Source of the DNA: an uncultured Candidatus Rokubacteria bacterium
GTDB lineage: Bacteria; Methylomirabilota; Methylomirabilia; Rokubacteriales; DASRDR01
Reading direction: 5' to 3'
Assembly (NCBI GenBank): GCA_963826115.1
Contig: CAWGVS010000005.1
Coordinates: 32,001 to 96,000 of the forward strand
DNA length: 64,000 nt
Made by a program: the position numbers and the translations under genes. The number at the start of each line of letters is the position of its first letter. The first letter of the stretch is position 1. The notes under the pieces are model-generated. The model was not told the origin of the DNA. It was given only the letters and a program-made list of their open reading frames with translations, and did no database searches. Positions 9,620-18,774 of this stretch are shown here, piece after piece.

Positions 9620-10492
9620 ATGACGATCACGCGCCGCGCCGTCCTCGCCGGCGGACTGAGCCTCGCCGTCCTGCCGCTCCGGGCCCAGCTGGCCTCCGCC
9701 CAGACCGCGGCTCCGGTGAGGGAGATCACGCCGCTCGCCGGGCCGGTCTATCGCTTCCGGAACAACTTCCACTACTCGGTGTTCGCGGTGACCCCCGAAG
9801 GGATCATCGCGACCGATCCGATCAACGCCGACGCCGCCCGCTGGCTGAAGGCCGAGATCGCCAAGAGCTTCTCCCAGCCGGTCCGGTTCCTGATCTACAG
9901 CCACGACCACGCCGACCACAGCTCGGGGGGTGAGGTCTTCGCGGACACCGCCCGCGTCGTGGCCCACGAGAACGCCCGAAGGACGATCCTCGCCGAGAGG
10001 CGCCCCACGGCCGTGCCGCAGGTGGCGTTCAACGACCGGATGATGATCGAGCTGGGCGGCACCGCGGTCGAGCTCTCGCACGTCGGCCGGAACCACTCGG
10101 ACAACTCGATCGTCATGCGGTTCCCGAAGGAGCGGATCCTGTTCGCGGTCGACTTCATCCCGGTGAAGGGGGTCGGGTTCCGCGACTGGCCGGACGCCTA
10201 CATCGAGGACTGGATCGAGTCGCTCCGGCGGGTGGAGGCCATGGACTTCGACGTGCTCGTCCCCGGCCACGGCCCGGTCGGGACGAAGGAAGACGTGAGC
10301 GCCTTCCGCGTGTACATGGAGGAGCTCCGGGACGCGGTGACGCGCCTCGCCCGCGAGGGGAAGAGCGAGCAGGAGGTCGTGCAGGCCGTCAAGCTCCCGA
10401 AGTACGAGAGCTGGGGCGGGTACAAGGACACGTTCGAGCTCAACGTGGCCGGGATGTACCGGCACGTCCAGTCGCACCGCCGGCCGAACTGA
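9620..10492 (+). CDS. Secreted (Tat-signal) MBL-fold metallo-hydrolase
   Basis: ATG 9620 follows GGGAGG. MTITRRAVLAGG twin-arginine-type signal; SHDHADH, NHSD, VPGHG. Confidence 0.85.
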   Translation: MTITRRAVLAGGLSLAVLPLRAQLASAQTAAPVREITPLAGPVYRFRNNFHYSVFAVTPEGIIATDPINADAARWLKAEIAKSFSQPVRFLIYSHDHADHSSGGEVFADTARVVAHENARRTILAERRPTAVPQVAFNDRMMIELGGTAVELSHVGRNHSDNSIVMRFPKERILFAVDFIPVKGVGFRDWPDAYIEDWIESLRRVEAMDFDVLVPGHGPVGTKEDVSAFRVYMEELRDAVTRLAREGKSEQEVVQAVKLPKYESWGGYKDTFELNVAGMYRHVQSHRRPN

Positions 10493-10504
10493 CCCGAGCC
10501 GTCC

Positions 10505-10540
10505 CGCCGTCCCGCCGCGCCCTCGGGCGGCGGGACGGCG
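10505..10540 (+). terminator. Perfect 14-bp GC hairpin after the MBL gene (terminator or processing stem, no U-tract)
   Basis: CGCCGTCCCGCCGC (10505-10518) pairs with GCGGCGGGACGGCG (10527-10540). Confidence 0.5.
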
Positions 10541-10556
10541 GTGATCCCCACCACCA

Positions 10557-11174
10557 GTGCGCGGGCTCGAGCAGATCCCCTGGCTGTACGACGCGACCCT
10601 CGCGCTCGCCGAGCGCGCGGGGCTCAGGCGCTGGCGGGAGTGGCTTTGCGCGGGGGCCGAGGGCCGCGTCCTCGACCTCGGCTGCGGCACGGGCCGGAAC
10701 CTGCCGCTGCTCCCGCCGGGCTCGGTCGGGGTCGATCCCGCGCTGGATCCGCTCCGGCGCGCTCGCCGGCGCGCCCCCGCCGCGCGGCTCGTCCAGGCCC
10801 GGGCCGAGGCGCTGCCGTTCCGCGCCGCGGCCTTCGACACCGTGGTGAGCGGGCTCGTCTTCTGCAGCGTCGACGACCCGGCCGCGGGACTCGCGGAGGT
10901 CGCCCGCGTCCTCCGGTCCGGCGGGACGCTCCGCATGCTCGAGCACGTGCGGTCCGAGCGCCCCTGGCGCGCCCGGGTCCAGGACCTGATCCAGCCCGCG
11001 TGGACCCGCGTCGCCGGCGGCTGCCGGCCGAACCGCGACACCGAGCGGACCGTCGAGGCCGCCGGCTTCGCGATCGACCGGGGCACCCGGCGCGCGCAGG
11101 GCAACCTGCGGCGCTTCGTGGCCCGATCGGCGGCGGATGCTCGGCCCGTTGCCGCCGCGGCGCCGGGGCGCTAG
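10557..11174 (+). CDS. Class I SAM-dependent methyltransferase
   Basis: VLDLGCGTG, AEALPF..FDTVV, CSVDD, LEHVRS, GGCRPNRDT. Confidence 0.88.
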   Translation: MRGLEQIPWLYDATLALAERAGLRRWREWLCAGAEGRVLDLGCGTGRNLPLLPPGSVGVDPALDPLRRARRRAPAARLVQARAEALPFRAAAFDTVVSGLVFCSVDDPAAGLAEVARVLRSGGTLRMLEHVRSERPWRARVQDLIQPAWTRVAGGCRPNRDTERTVEAAGFAIDRGTRRAQGNLRRFVARSAADARPVAAAAPGR

Positions 11175-11213
11175 CATCACGTCGCGATCCCTCGAGGTCG
11201 CGCGCCCGAACCC

Positions 11214-11561
11214 ATGGCAATCCAGATCGTCCGAACGCCCATCACGCTGGCGGAGTTGCGGAGGATGGCTCGCGACCAGTTCGGTGACATGGTGAAGGCG
11301 GTGGTGGATCTGGAGCACGGAATCATGGCGGTTGGCGGGGAGCTTCAGGCCGACGAGGAGGCTCTCCTGCTCGACCAGGGTTCTCGTCAGACCGATCTCT
11401 GGGGCATCAACGTGTACCCCGACGCGGCGGCCGCCGAGCGGGTCGAGTTCGACTCGATGATCAACGTGCGCCCCGGGCAGGGGAATCGGACCCGTTCCGT
11501 CGACGATCCGGCTCGGCGCGATCGCATCCAAGAGGTCGTACGTCGGCTGGTCCAGGAATGA
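11214..11561 (+). CDS. Conserved hypothetical protein, DUF5674-like
   Basis: FGDMVKAVVD, GGEL.AD.E..LL..GS.Q.DLWGIN and EFDSMINVRP.QGNR recalled as the DUF5674 pattern. Codon usage is atypical for this window. Confidence 0.7.
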   Translation: MAIQIVRTPITLAELRRMARDQFGDMVKAVVDLEHGIMAVGGELQADEEALLLDQGSRQTDLWGINVYPDAAAAERVEFDSMINVRPGQGNRTRSVDDPARRDRIQEVVRRLVQE

Positions 11562-11881
11562 CGACGTCGACGCCCCAGCATCGGGAGCTTGCCGAGGGTG
11601 GGTGGAAGCGGCTGACGCTGGCCGAGCAGCTGGCCAACGTCGGCGCCGAGGTCGGACGGATGCGCCGCCCTCGCGGCGCGACGGGAGCCTTCGAGCGCGC
11701 GCTCGAGCTCCTCGACCTCACGCTCGCCGACGACCGCTGGCGTGGTCGCCGCAAGGAGATCGCGCGGGCCCGCGAGCTTCTGTGCGACGCGGCCGCCGGC
11801 GGGCAGGAGTACGGGACCACCCTCGAGGACCTCGACCGCTACTTCCTCGCCTTCGCGGTCCTCGCCCGTCGCGGACGCTAG
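11558..11881 (+). CDS. Conserved helical hypothetical protein, coupled partner of the DUF5674-like gene
   Basis: ATGA overlap with the upstream gene; W..LTLAEQLANVGAEVGR and AFERALELLDLT segments. Confidence 0.7.
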   Translation: MTTSTPQHRELAEGGWKRLTLAEQLANVGAEVGRMRRPRGATGAFERALELLDLTLADDRWRGRRKEIARARELLCDAAAGGQEYGTTLEDLDRYFLAFAVLARRGR

Positions 11882-11927
11882 CGCTCGTGGCGGCCCTCGG
11901 GGGGACGGTCGTACACTACCGATCACG

Positions 11928-13088
11928 ATGAGCGGGTCCACCGTCCGCCCGTTCGTGGTCGACGTCGCCGACGGCGTCCTGACGGACCTCCGCGAGCGCC
12001 TCGCGCGGACGCGGTGGCCGGACGAGCCGCCGGGGGGCGGCTGGCGCTACGGCACCGACCTCGCGTACCTCCGGGAGCTCTGCGAGCACTGGCGGACGCG
12101 CTACGACTGGCGCCGCCACGAGGCCCGGTTGAACGCCTTCCGCCAGTTCGTCACGCCGCTCGCGGGGATCGACGTCCACTTCATCCACGAGGCCGGCGCG
12201 GGGCCCGACCCCATGCCGCTGCTCCTCTCCCACGGCTGGCCGGGCTCGGTCTGGGAGTTCCACCAGGTCATTCCGCGGCTCACGGATCCCGCCCGGTTCG
12301 GCGCCGACGCGGCGGACAGCTTCACGGTCGTGGCGCCGTCGCTTCCGGGCTACGGGTTCTCGTTCCGGCCGGGCCAGCCCCGCTTCGGCGCGCCCGAGAT
12401 CGCCGGGGTCTTCGCCGCCCTCATGACGGACGTCCTCGGCTATCCGAAGTTCGGCGCGCAGGGTGGCGACTGGGGCTCGTTCGTCAGCGCGCGGCTCGCC
12501 GCCGACCATCCCGACCGCCTGATCGGCATCCACCTGAACCTGATGCCGCTCCGCCGCGACATCCCGCGCGACGCCGGCGCCCGGAGCCCCGAGGAGGCGG
12601 CGTACCTCGCGGAGCTCGACGAGTGGCTCAAGGAGGAGACGGGCTACCAGTGGATCCAGGGCACCCGGCCCCAGACCCTCGCCTACGGGCTCACCGACTC
12701 GCCCGCCGGGCTCGCGGGCTGGATCGTCGAGAAGCTCCGGCGCTGGACCGACTGCGGCGGCGACGTCGAGACGAGCCTCGGCCGCGACGACATCCTCACG
12801 ATGCTCACGATCTACTGGGCCACCGGGACGATCAACGCGTCGTTCTGGCCGTACTACGACCGGATGCACCGGGGCTGGCCGCTCCCCGCCGGGCGGATCG
12901 ACGTGCCGACGGGGTACGCCGAGTTCCCGCGCGAGATCCTCCACCCGCCGCGCGCCTGGGCCGAGCGCGCCTTCGACATCCGCCGCTGGACGCGGATGCC
13001 GCGCGGCGGCCACTTCGCGGCGCTGGAGGCCCCGGACCTCCTGGCCGAGGAAGTGCGCGCCTTCTTCCGACCCCTCCGCCGCCCATGA
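11928..13088 (+). CDS. Epoxide hydrolase (EHN + alpha/beta hydrolase)
   Basis: LRERLARTRWP, HGWPGS, QGGDWG, GLTDSPAGL, GGHFAALE. Start reassigned to ATG 11928. Confidence 0.92.
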   Translation: MSGSTVRPFVVDVADGVLTDLRERLARTRWPDEPPGGGWRYGTDLAYLRELCEHWRTRYDWRRHEARLNAFRQFVTPLAGIDVHFIHEAGAGPDPMPLLLSHGWPGSVWEFHQVIPRLTDPARFGADAADSFTVVAPSLPGYGFSFRPGQPRFGAPEIAGVFAALMTDVLGYPKFGAQGGDWGSFVSARLAADHPDRLIGIHLNLMPLRRDIPRDAGARSPEEAAYLAELDEWLKEETGYQWIQGTRPQTLAYGLTDSPAGLAGWIVEKLRRWTDCGGDVETSLGRDDILTMLTIYWATGTINASFWPYYDRMHRGWPLPAGRIDVPTGYAEFPREILHPPRAWAERAFDIRRWTRMPRGGHFAALEAPDLLAEEVRAFFRPLRRP

Positions 13089-13984
13089 TGCCGGACTGGC
13101 CGCGGCCGCTGATCTCGCCGGCGGAGCTGGCCGCGCGCCTCGATCGCCCGGAGCTCCGCCTGATCGAGTGCGGCGTGACCTACACCGCGCTGCCGGACCG
13201 GAGCGACTTCCGCGCCGAGAGCGCGCGGCCCCGCTACGACGCGGGACACGTGCCCGGCGCGGTCTTCGTGGACCCGATCGCCGAGCTGTCCGATCCCGCG
13301 AGCCCGCTCCGCTTCACGATGCCGCCGCCCGAGCGCGTGGCCGAGGCCTTCGGCGCGCGGGGCGTCGGGCCGGGGACGTTCGTCGTGCTCTACTGCCGCG
13401 ACCACAACGTGTTCGCCGCGCGGCTCTGGTGGATGCTCCGCGCCATCGGCGTGGACGACGCGGCCGTCCTGGACGGCGGCTTCCAGCGGTGGGTCGCCGA
13501 GGGCCGACCGGCGTCCACCGACGCGCGGATCCACGCGCCGGCGCGGCTCGAGGCGCGCCCGCGCCCCGGGCTCTTCGTCGACAAGGCGGCCGTGCGCGCG
13601 TCCCTCGGCGACGCGGGCGTCGTGCTCGTCAACGCGCTCTCGGCCGAGCAGCACGCGGGCCAGGGCGGCGTGACCTACGGCCGCCCGGGCCGCATCCCGG
13701 GCAGCGTGTCGGTGCCGGCCCGCGCCCTCACCGACCCGGCGACCCACGCGTACTTGCCGCCGGAGCGGCTCCGAGCCGCGTTCGAGGCGACGGGCGCCCT
13801 GCCGCGCGCCGCCGCCGGCGGCCCGCGCGTCGTGACCTACTGCGGGGCGGGGATCGCCGCGTCGAGCGACGCCTTCGCGCTGTCGCTCCTCGGCGCCGCC
13901 GACGTCGCCGTCTACGACGGCTCGCTCGAGGAGTGGGCCCGCGATCCCGAGTCGCCGATGGAGTCCGGACCGGCGGCTCCGTGA
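13085..13984 (+). CDS. Two-domain rhodanese / 3-mercaptopyruvate sulfurtransferase
   Basis: GHVPGAVF, AARLWWML, LDGG, GRIPGS, YCGAGIAAS, YDGSLEEW. ATGA overlap. Confidence 0.9.
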   Translation: MMPDWPRPLISPAELAARLDRPELRLIECGVTYTALPDRSDFRAESARPRYDAGHVPGAVFVDPIAELSDPASPLRFTMPPPERVAEAFGARGVGPGTFVVLYCRDHNVFAARLWWMLRAIGVDDAAVLDGGFQRWVAEGRPASTDARIHAPARLEARPRPGLFVDKAAVRASLGDAGVVLVNALSAEQHAGQGGVTYGRPGRIPGSVSVPARALTDPATHAYLPPERLRAAFEATGALPRAAAGGPRVVTYCGAGIAASSDAFALSLLGAADVAVYDGSLEEWARDPESPMESGPAAP

Positions 13985-14646
13985 CCCTGGACGGCGCCGT
14001 CCCGCCGCTCCTGGTGCTCCTCGCGGCGGCCGGGCTGCTCGCGGGCCGCCGGGCACTCTGGCGGGACGGCCGCGCCGGTGGGACGCCGGCGCCCGCGTGG
14101 ACCGATGCCGGCATCGTGGTCCTGCTGGTCGCGCTGAGTGCTGCGCTGCTCCTCGCCATGGGCCGACCGCTCGTCTACCAGCGCGGGCCGGTCCGGCTCT
14201 GGTCGGGCGAGGTCCAGAGCGACCAGAACTCCCAGCAGCTGGCCGACCCCTACACGCTCACGCACGTCTCGCACGGCGTCCTCCTGTTCGGCCTGGTGAG
14301 CCTCGTCGGCCGGCGGCTCCGGGTCGGGACGCGGGTCGTCGTCGCGCTGGCCCTCGAATGCGCCTGGGAGGTTCTCGAGAACACCGACGCCGTGCTCCAG
14401 CGCTACCGCGCCGCGACGGTGTCGCTCGGCTACTACGGCGACAGCGTGCTGAACTCGGTGGGGGACATCCTGGCGGCGGCCGTCGGCTGCTTCTTGGCGG
14501 CGACGCTCCCGGTGTGGACCGTCGTCCTGGGGGTGGTTCTGGTCGAGGCCGTGCTGGCGGTCTGGATCCGGGACAACCTCGCGCTCAACATCGTGATGCT
14601 GCTCCGGCCGGTCGAGGCGATCCGCCGCTGGCAGCTGGGCGGATAG
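13981..14646 (+). CDS. DUF2585-like membrane protein
   Basis: NSQQLADPYTLTHVSHG, WEVLENT, RYRAAT, GYYGDSVLNS, IRDNLALNIVML. GTGA overlap. Confidence 0.8.
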   Translation: MTLDGAVPPLLVLLAAAGLLAGRRALWRDGRAGGTPAPAWTDAGIVVLLVALSAALLLAMGRPLVYQRGPVRLWSGEVQSDQNSQQLADPYTLTHVSHGVLLFGLVSLVGRRLRVGTRVVVALALECAWEVLENTDAVLQRYRAATVSLGYYGDSVLNSVGDILAAAVGCFLAATLPVWTVVLGVVLVEAVLAVWIRDNLALNIVMLLRPVEAIRRWQLGG

Positions 14647-14650
14647 GACC

Positions 14651-15730
14651 GTGACACGGAGCCGTGCCGGGACCTGGGTCGCGCTCCTGGTCACGGCGTG
14701 CCTCGCGACCGGCGCCGGGGCGGCCGACGTCGCGCCGGGCGCCGCCGATCGCCTGGCCCTCGTCGAGGAGTCGGCCGGCGGCCAGGACGTCCTGGTGATC
14801 GACGTGGACCGCGGGAGGACGACGCGCGTGGCCCGCGGCCTCGCGGAGATCGACGGGCTCAGCTGGGCTCCCGACGGCGGCCGGCTCGCGTTCGGCGCGC
14901 GGCGGGGAGGCGGGCCGGCGATCTTCGTCGCGCGGAGCGACGGGTCGGAGCTGCGCAGGCTGGCCGCCGGGCGCGCGCCGTCCTGGTCGCCGGACGGGAC
15001 TCGGATCGCCTTCTCCGCGGCGCCGGCCGGCGACGAGGAGATCTTCGTCGTCCGCCTGGACTCCGGCTCGATCGCGGGCCTGACCGCGCATCCCGGGCGC
15101 GACGTGACGCCGCTGTGGGCGCCCGACGGCGCGCGCCTCGCGTTCGCCTCGAGCCGGAGCGAGAGCTCGCGCCTCCAGGGGCTCGAGTACGGCACCGAGA
15201 TCCACGTGATGGGCGCCGACGGCTCGGCGGTGCGCGCCGTGACCGCCGGGAACGCGTGCGGCCTCTCCAGCGAGAGCGAGGGGAAGCTCAACAGCCTCGG
15301 CCAGGCGGCGTGGACTCCCGACGGCCAGCGGCTCCTCTACCGCGGCGGGGTCTGCAAGATGGATTGCCGGGTGTGCGTCGTCGACGTGGCCGGCGGCCGC
15401 GTCCGCCCGCTGGTGGCGGAGCGGATGGTGACGGCCTTCGCGCTGGCCCCCGACGGGCGGTCGGTCGCGTGGACGCGCGACCGCCAGATCGTCGTGTCCG
15501 ACCTCGAGGGAAACGGGCGCCGCACCCTGGTCCCGGACGGGTGGGGGCCGGCGTGGTCGCGGGACGGCCGGCGGATCGCGTTCCTGGTCACGGCGGGGTC
15601 GGACCCGTTCGCCCGCCGTTACCACGTCGAGACGATCGAGCCCGACGGCGGGAACCGGCGCCGCGTGACCCAGCGCCCCGGCAACTACTGGGGCCTCGCG
15701 TGGTCGCCGGTCCCCGCCGGGCGACCCTGA
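14651..15730 (+). CDS. Secreted TolB-like PD40 beta-propeller protein
   Basis: Signal peptide followed by repeated P.WSPDG.RIAF units. Confidence 0.85.
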   Translation: MTRSRAGTWVALLVTACLATGAGAADVAPGAADRLALVEESAGGQDVLVIDVDRGRTTRVARGLAEIDGLSWAPDGGRLAFGARRGGGPAIFVARSDGSELRRLAAGRAPSWSPDGTRIAFSAAPAGDEEIFVVRLDSGSIAGLTAHPGRDVTPLWAPDGARLAFASSRSESSRLQGLEYGTEIHVMGADGSAVRAVTAGNACGLSSESEGKLNSLGQAAWTPDGQRLLYRGGVCKMDCRVCVVDVAGGRVRPLVAERMVTAFALAPDGRSVAWTRDRQIVVSDLEGNGRRTLVPDGWGPAWSRDGRRIAFLVTAGSDPFARRYHVETIEPDGGNRRRVTQRPGNYWGLAWSPVPAGRP

Positions 15731-15732
15731 CC

Positions 15733-15765
15733 GCAACCGCGCCGCCCGTCGGGCGGCGCGGTTGT
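15733..15765. terminator. Hairpin between convergent genes (possible bidirectional terminator)
   Basis: GCAACCGCGCCGCCC-gtc-GGGCGGCGCGGTTGT. Confidence 0.55.
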
Positions 15766-15773
15766 GACGACGG

Positions 15774-15950
15774 CTACTTGTCCTTGATCGCGGCCTGAAC
15801 CTTCTTCGCGACGTCGGGCGGGATCGCGCTCATCCCGTGAGCGGTCTTCGCGTGCTCCGCGCCCTTCTTCATGACCTCGGCGACGTCGTGCCCCTCGATC
15901 ACGGCTTTGCAGCCCGGCATCAGGTCACCGCAGTGCAGCACCTTCGACAT
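15774..15950 (-). CDS. DUF1059-family small putative metal-binding protein (58 aa)
   Basis: Manual translation MSKVLHCGDLMPGCKAVIEGHDVAEVMKKGAEHAKTAHGM...DK with C-x6-C and H-x4-H. Strong GAAGGAGG SD. Below the ORF-track cutoff. Confidence 0.85.
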   Translation of the reverse strand: MSKVLHCGDLMPGCKAVIEGHDVAEVMKKGAEHAKTAHGMSAIPPDVAKKVQAAIKDK

Positions 15951-16020
15951 GGTGGACCTCCTTCAGCGAGTCGACGGATCGAACACCTCGACGTTAGACC
16001 CCGGGACGCGGGCGGTCAAC

Positions 16021-16911
16021 TCACGAGCGCTCGAGATCGCGCTCGGCGGCGAGATGCTCGCGAACCCCGACGATGTCGGCGATCTCCCCGGACGTCAGCG
16101 CGCGATCGGGCGGGAGCGGCCGGCCGGCGGCCATGTCGCCGAGCGCGTCGCGGAACGCCGCCGCCGCCGCGAGCACGAGCGCGATCCCGTACAGAGCGAC
16201 CTCGAAGCCGAGCGCGTGGACGCGCGCGGGGGCGAGGAACGCCCGACCCGGGTCGTCCACCTGGACGAGCTGCGGCGCGCCGGCGGCGGCGCGCACGCGC
16301 GCGAGCTCCCGCTCGTCGCGCGGGCCGGTGACGAACACGAGATCGGCGCCGAGATCCGTGAACGCGCTGGCGCGCCAGAGCGCTTCGTCGAGCCCGCTCG
16401 CCCGGCCGGCGGCGTTCCGCGCGTCGGTGCGCGCGATGATCAGGACGTCGGCGCCCGCCTCGCGGGCCCGGACCGCCGCCATCACGCGGCGCCGCGCGTC
16501 CTCGCGCGAGACCACGCCGCCGGGCGCGCCGAAGTCCCGCTTCGGCGACTCCTGGTCTTCCAGCATGAGGCACGCGGCCCCGGCCGCCGCGAACCCGCGC
16601 ACCGTGCGCTGCACGTTCTGGGCGCCGCCGAACCCGGTGTCCGCGTCGACGATCAGCGGGATCGAGGCCGCGGCGGCCACGTCGCGCACCTGCGCCGCCA
16701 TCTCGCCGTAGGAGAGGAGGCCGGCGTCGGGCGCGCCGAGCCGGGCGGCGGACACGGAGAAGCCGCTCAGGAACGCGGCGGGGAACCCGGCGCGGGCGAT
16801 CATGCGGAAGCCGAGCGCGTCGTAGCAGCTCGGCACGGTCAGGCCGCCGGCCGCGAGGCGCTCGCGGAGGCGGCCCGCGGGGCCGGTCGGGGGCGGACGA
16901 TCGGAGCTCAT
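16021..16911 (-). CDS. Isocitrate lyase / PEP mutase superfamily protein
   Basis: YDALG, SGFSVSA..LGAPDAGLL, DADTGFG, LEDQ..PKR, IIARTDA. Confidence 0.85.
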   Translation of the reverse strand: MSSDRPPPTGPAGRLRERLAAGGLTVPSCYDALGFRMIARAGFPAAFLSGFSVSAARLGAPDAGLLSYGEMAAQVRDVAAAASIPLIVDADTGFGGAQNVQRTVRGFAAAGAACLMLEDQESPKRDFGAPGGVVSREDARRRVMAAVRAREAGADVLIIARTDARNAAGRASGLDEALWRASAFTDLGADLVFVTGPRDERELARVRAAAGAPQLVQVDDPGRAFLAPARVHALGFEVALYGIALVLAAAAAFRDALGDMAAGRPLPPDRALTSGEIADIVGVREHLAAERDLERS

Positions 16912-16933
16912 GGGCGGCGCGCGGCCTCGCGGC

Positions 16934-17884
16934 TCAGGCGACGGCGGGGATCACCTCGCGGGCGATCAGCTCGATGGCGGCCAGGTCGTCGATGTCGAGG
17001 AACTGGAGCATCACGCCGTGGACGCCGAGCGCCTGCCAGCGACGGAGATCGCGCACGACCTCGTCCACCGAGCCGTGGAGGAAGCTCTGGGCGCGCCACT
17101 CCGCCTCCGACTCGGGGACGCGCGGGAACCACTCGCGGCCCCGCGCGAGCCGCGCCGCCACCTCGGCGCGCGTCCGGCCGATCACGACGGGCGCCATGAG
17201 CGAGAGGCGGATCGTCGCCGGGTCCCGGCCCACGGCGCGGCAGTGGCCGGCGAGGACCTCGAGCTTTCGCGGGTACTCGTCGAAGGTCACGCGCGTCGCG
17301 TTCCACTCGTCGGCGAGCTCGGCGGCGACGCGCATCGTCCGCCGCTCGCCGCGTCCCCCGACGATCAGCCGCGCGCCGACCGGGAGTGGGAAGCTCCGGG
17401 CGTCGACCAGCGGGGAGTACGGCTGCTCGAGCGTCACCGGCGTGCCCCGCCAGAGCGCGCGGATCGCGCGCGTGCCCGCCTCGAAGCGGTCCATGCGCTC
17501 GCGCAGCGGCGGGAAGGGGATGCCGAACATCCGGTGCTCCATCTCGTTCCAGCCCGCGCCGATCCCGAGGTCGAAGCGCCCGCCCGCCAGCTCGTCGATG
17601 GCGGCGGCGCGCTTGGCCAGGAGCGCCGGCTGGTAGAACGTGAGCGGCGAGACGATCGGGCCGAAGCGGATGCGCCGGGTCGCGGTGGCGAGGTACGGGA
17701 GCGACGCCCACGTCTCCAGCGAAGGCCGCGACGAGTCGCCGAAGAGTCCCGTGAGGTGATCCGACCGGTAGAGCCCGTGGAACCCGCCGTCCTCGGCCGC
17801 CCGCGCGAGCCGCTGCCAGCGCGGCCAGGTGAGGCCCTCCTGGCCCTCGATCATCACGTTCAGCTCGAGCGTCTTCGCGGTCAT
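16934..17884 (-). CDS. LLM-class (putative F420-dependent) oxidoreductase
   Basis: MIEGQEGLTW, RSDHL, GRFDLGIGAGWNEMEH, GGRGERRT, ADEWN. Confidence 0.88.
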   Translation of the reverse strand: MTAKTLELNVMIEGQEGLTWPRWQRLARAAEDGGFHGLYRSDHLTGLFGDSSRPSLETWASLPYLATATRRIRFGPIVSPLTFYQPALLAKRAAAIDELAGGRFDLGIGAGWNEMEHRMFGIPFPPLRERMDRFEAGTRAIRALWRGTPVTLEQPYSPLVDARSFPLPVGARLIVGGRGERRTMRVAAELADEWNATRVTFDEYPRKLEVLAGHCRAVGRDPATIRLSLMAPVVIGRTRAEVAARLARGREWFPRVPESEAEWRAQSFLHGSVDEVVRDLRRWQALGVHGVMLQFLDIDDLAAIELIAREVIPAVA

Positions 17885-17943
17885 TCCCCCTCCGTCAAAC
17901 TTCGGGGTCAGGCCTTAACTTTGATTCGCCCGCCCGGCCCGCG

Positions 17944-18771
17944 TCACGCGCCCGGGAGGACCGCGCGCGTGGCCTCGAGCGCCTCGCGGGCCACGGTCAC
18001 GGGGTCGCGCGCCCAGGCGGCGGGATTCGGCGCCTCGTAGGAGCAGTGGCCGGCGTACCCGGATGCCTCGATCAGGCGGAAGAACTCCCGGAACGGCACG
18101 ATGCCGCGCCCCGGCGGCAGGCGATTCGCCGTCTGGCCGGGCTCGAGCCCCGTCGCCGGCACGTCGCTGTACTGGACGTAGGCGATCTCGCCCGGCCCGA
18201 GGTCCTCGACCGCGCGGAGGCCGCCGCCGCCCCGGTGGAGGTGGTAGGCGTCGACGAGCAGGCCGCACGACGGGTGCCCCGCGCGGGCGATCAGCTCGCG
18301 GAGCCGGTCGAGCGTGTTGAGCTGCGCGGCCTGCGACGGCGCCTCGAGCGCGATCCGGATCCCGTGGGCGGCCCCGATGTCGCCGACCTCGCGGACGGCC
18401 GCCGCCGCGCGCGCGAGGTCGCCGGTCCCCATGTCGGCCGGGCTCATGACGGTCGGCGCGCCGAGCGCCTTGGCCCACCGGCAGGACTCGGTCATCGCCG
18501 CGACGAGCCGCGCCCGCTCCGCGCCGTCCGAGAACATCCAGCCGAGCTGGCCGCCGACGCACGCGACCGTGAGGCCGCTCGCCCGCACGAGGTCCAGGAC
18601 CGACTCCGCCGTCTGCCCCGCCTCCGCGGCGCGCGCGAAGTCGATCCGCCGGAGCTCGACGGCTGCCCACCCCGCCGTCCGCGCGGCGCGGAGCGCCTCG
18701 GGCAGGGGCGTCGTGTCGAGGGTCCAGGTGTGAAGCGCGAGACGCTCGCGCAGGGCGAGGTTGGACCCCAC
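17944..18771 (-). CDS. Sugar phosphate isomerase/epimerase (xylose isomerase-like TIM barrel)
   Basis: IALE, LLVDAYH, YVQYSD, RLPPGRG, SYEAPN. Confidence 0.82.
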   Translation of the reverse strand: MGSNLALRERLALHTWTLDTTPLPEALRAARTAGWAAVELRRIDFARAAEAGQTAESVLDLVRASGLTVACVGGQLGWMFSDGAERARLVAAMTESCRWAKALGAPTVMSPADMGTGDLARAAAAVREVGDIGAAHGIRIALEAPSQAAQLNTLDRLRELIARAGHPSCGLLVDAYHLHRGGGGLRAVEDLGPGEIAYVQYSDVPATGLEPGQTANRLPPGRGIVPFREFFRLIEASGYAGHCSYEAPNPAAWARDPVTVAREALEATRAVLPGA

Positions 18772-18774
18772 CGC

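Noticed and set aside
14860-15710. Repeated TGGxxxCCxGACGG units as a DNA repeat array or CRISPR
   Set aside because: They encode the W-S/A/T-P-D-G repeats of a PD40 propeller, with irregular spacing and synonymous variation.
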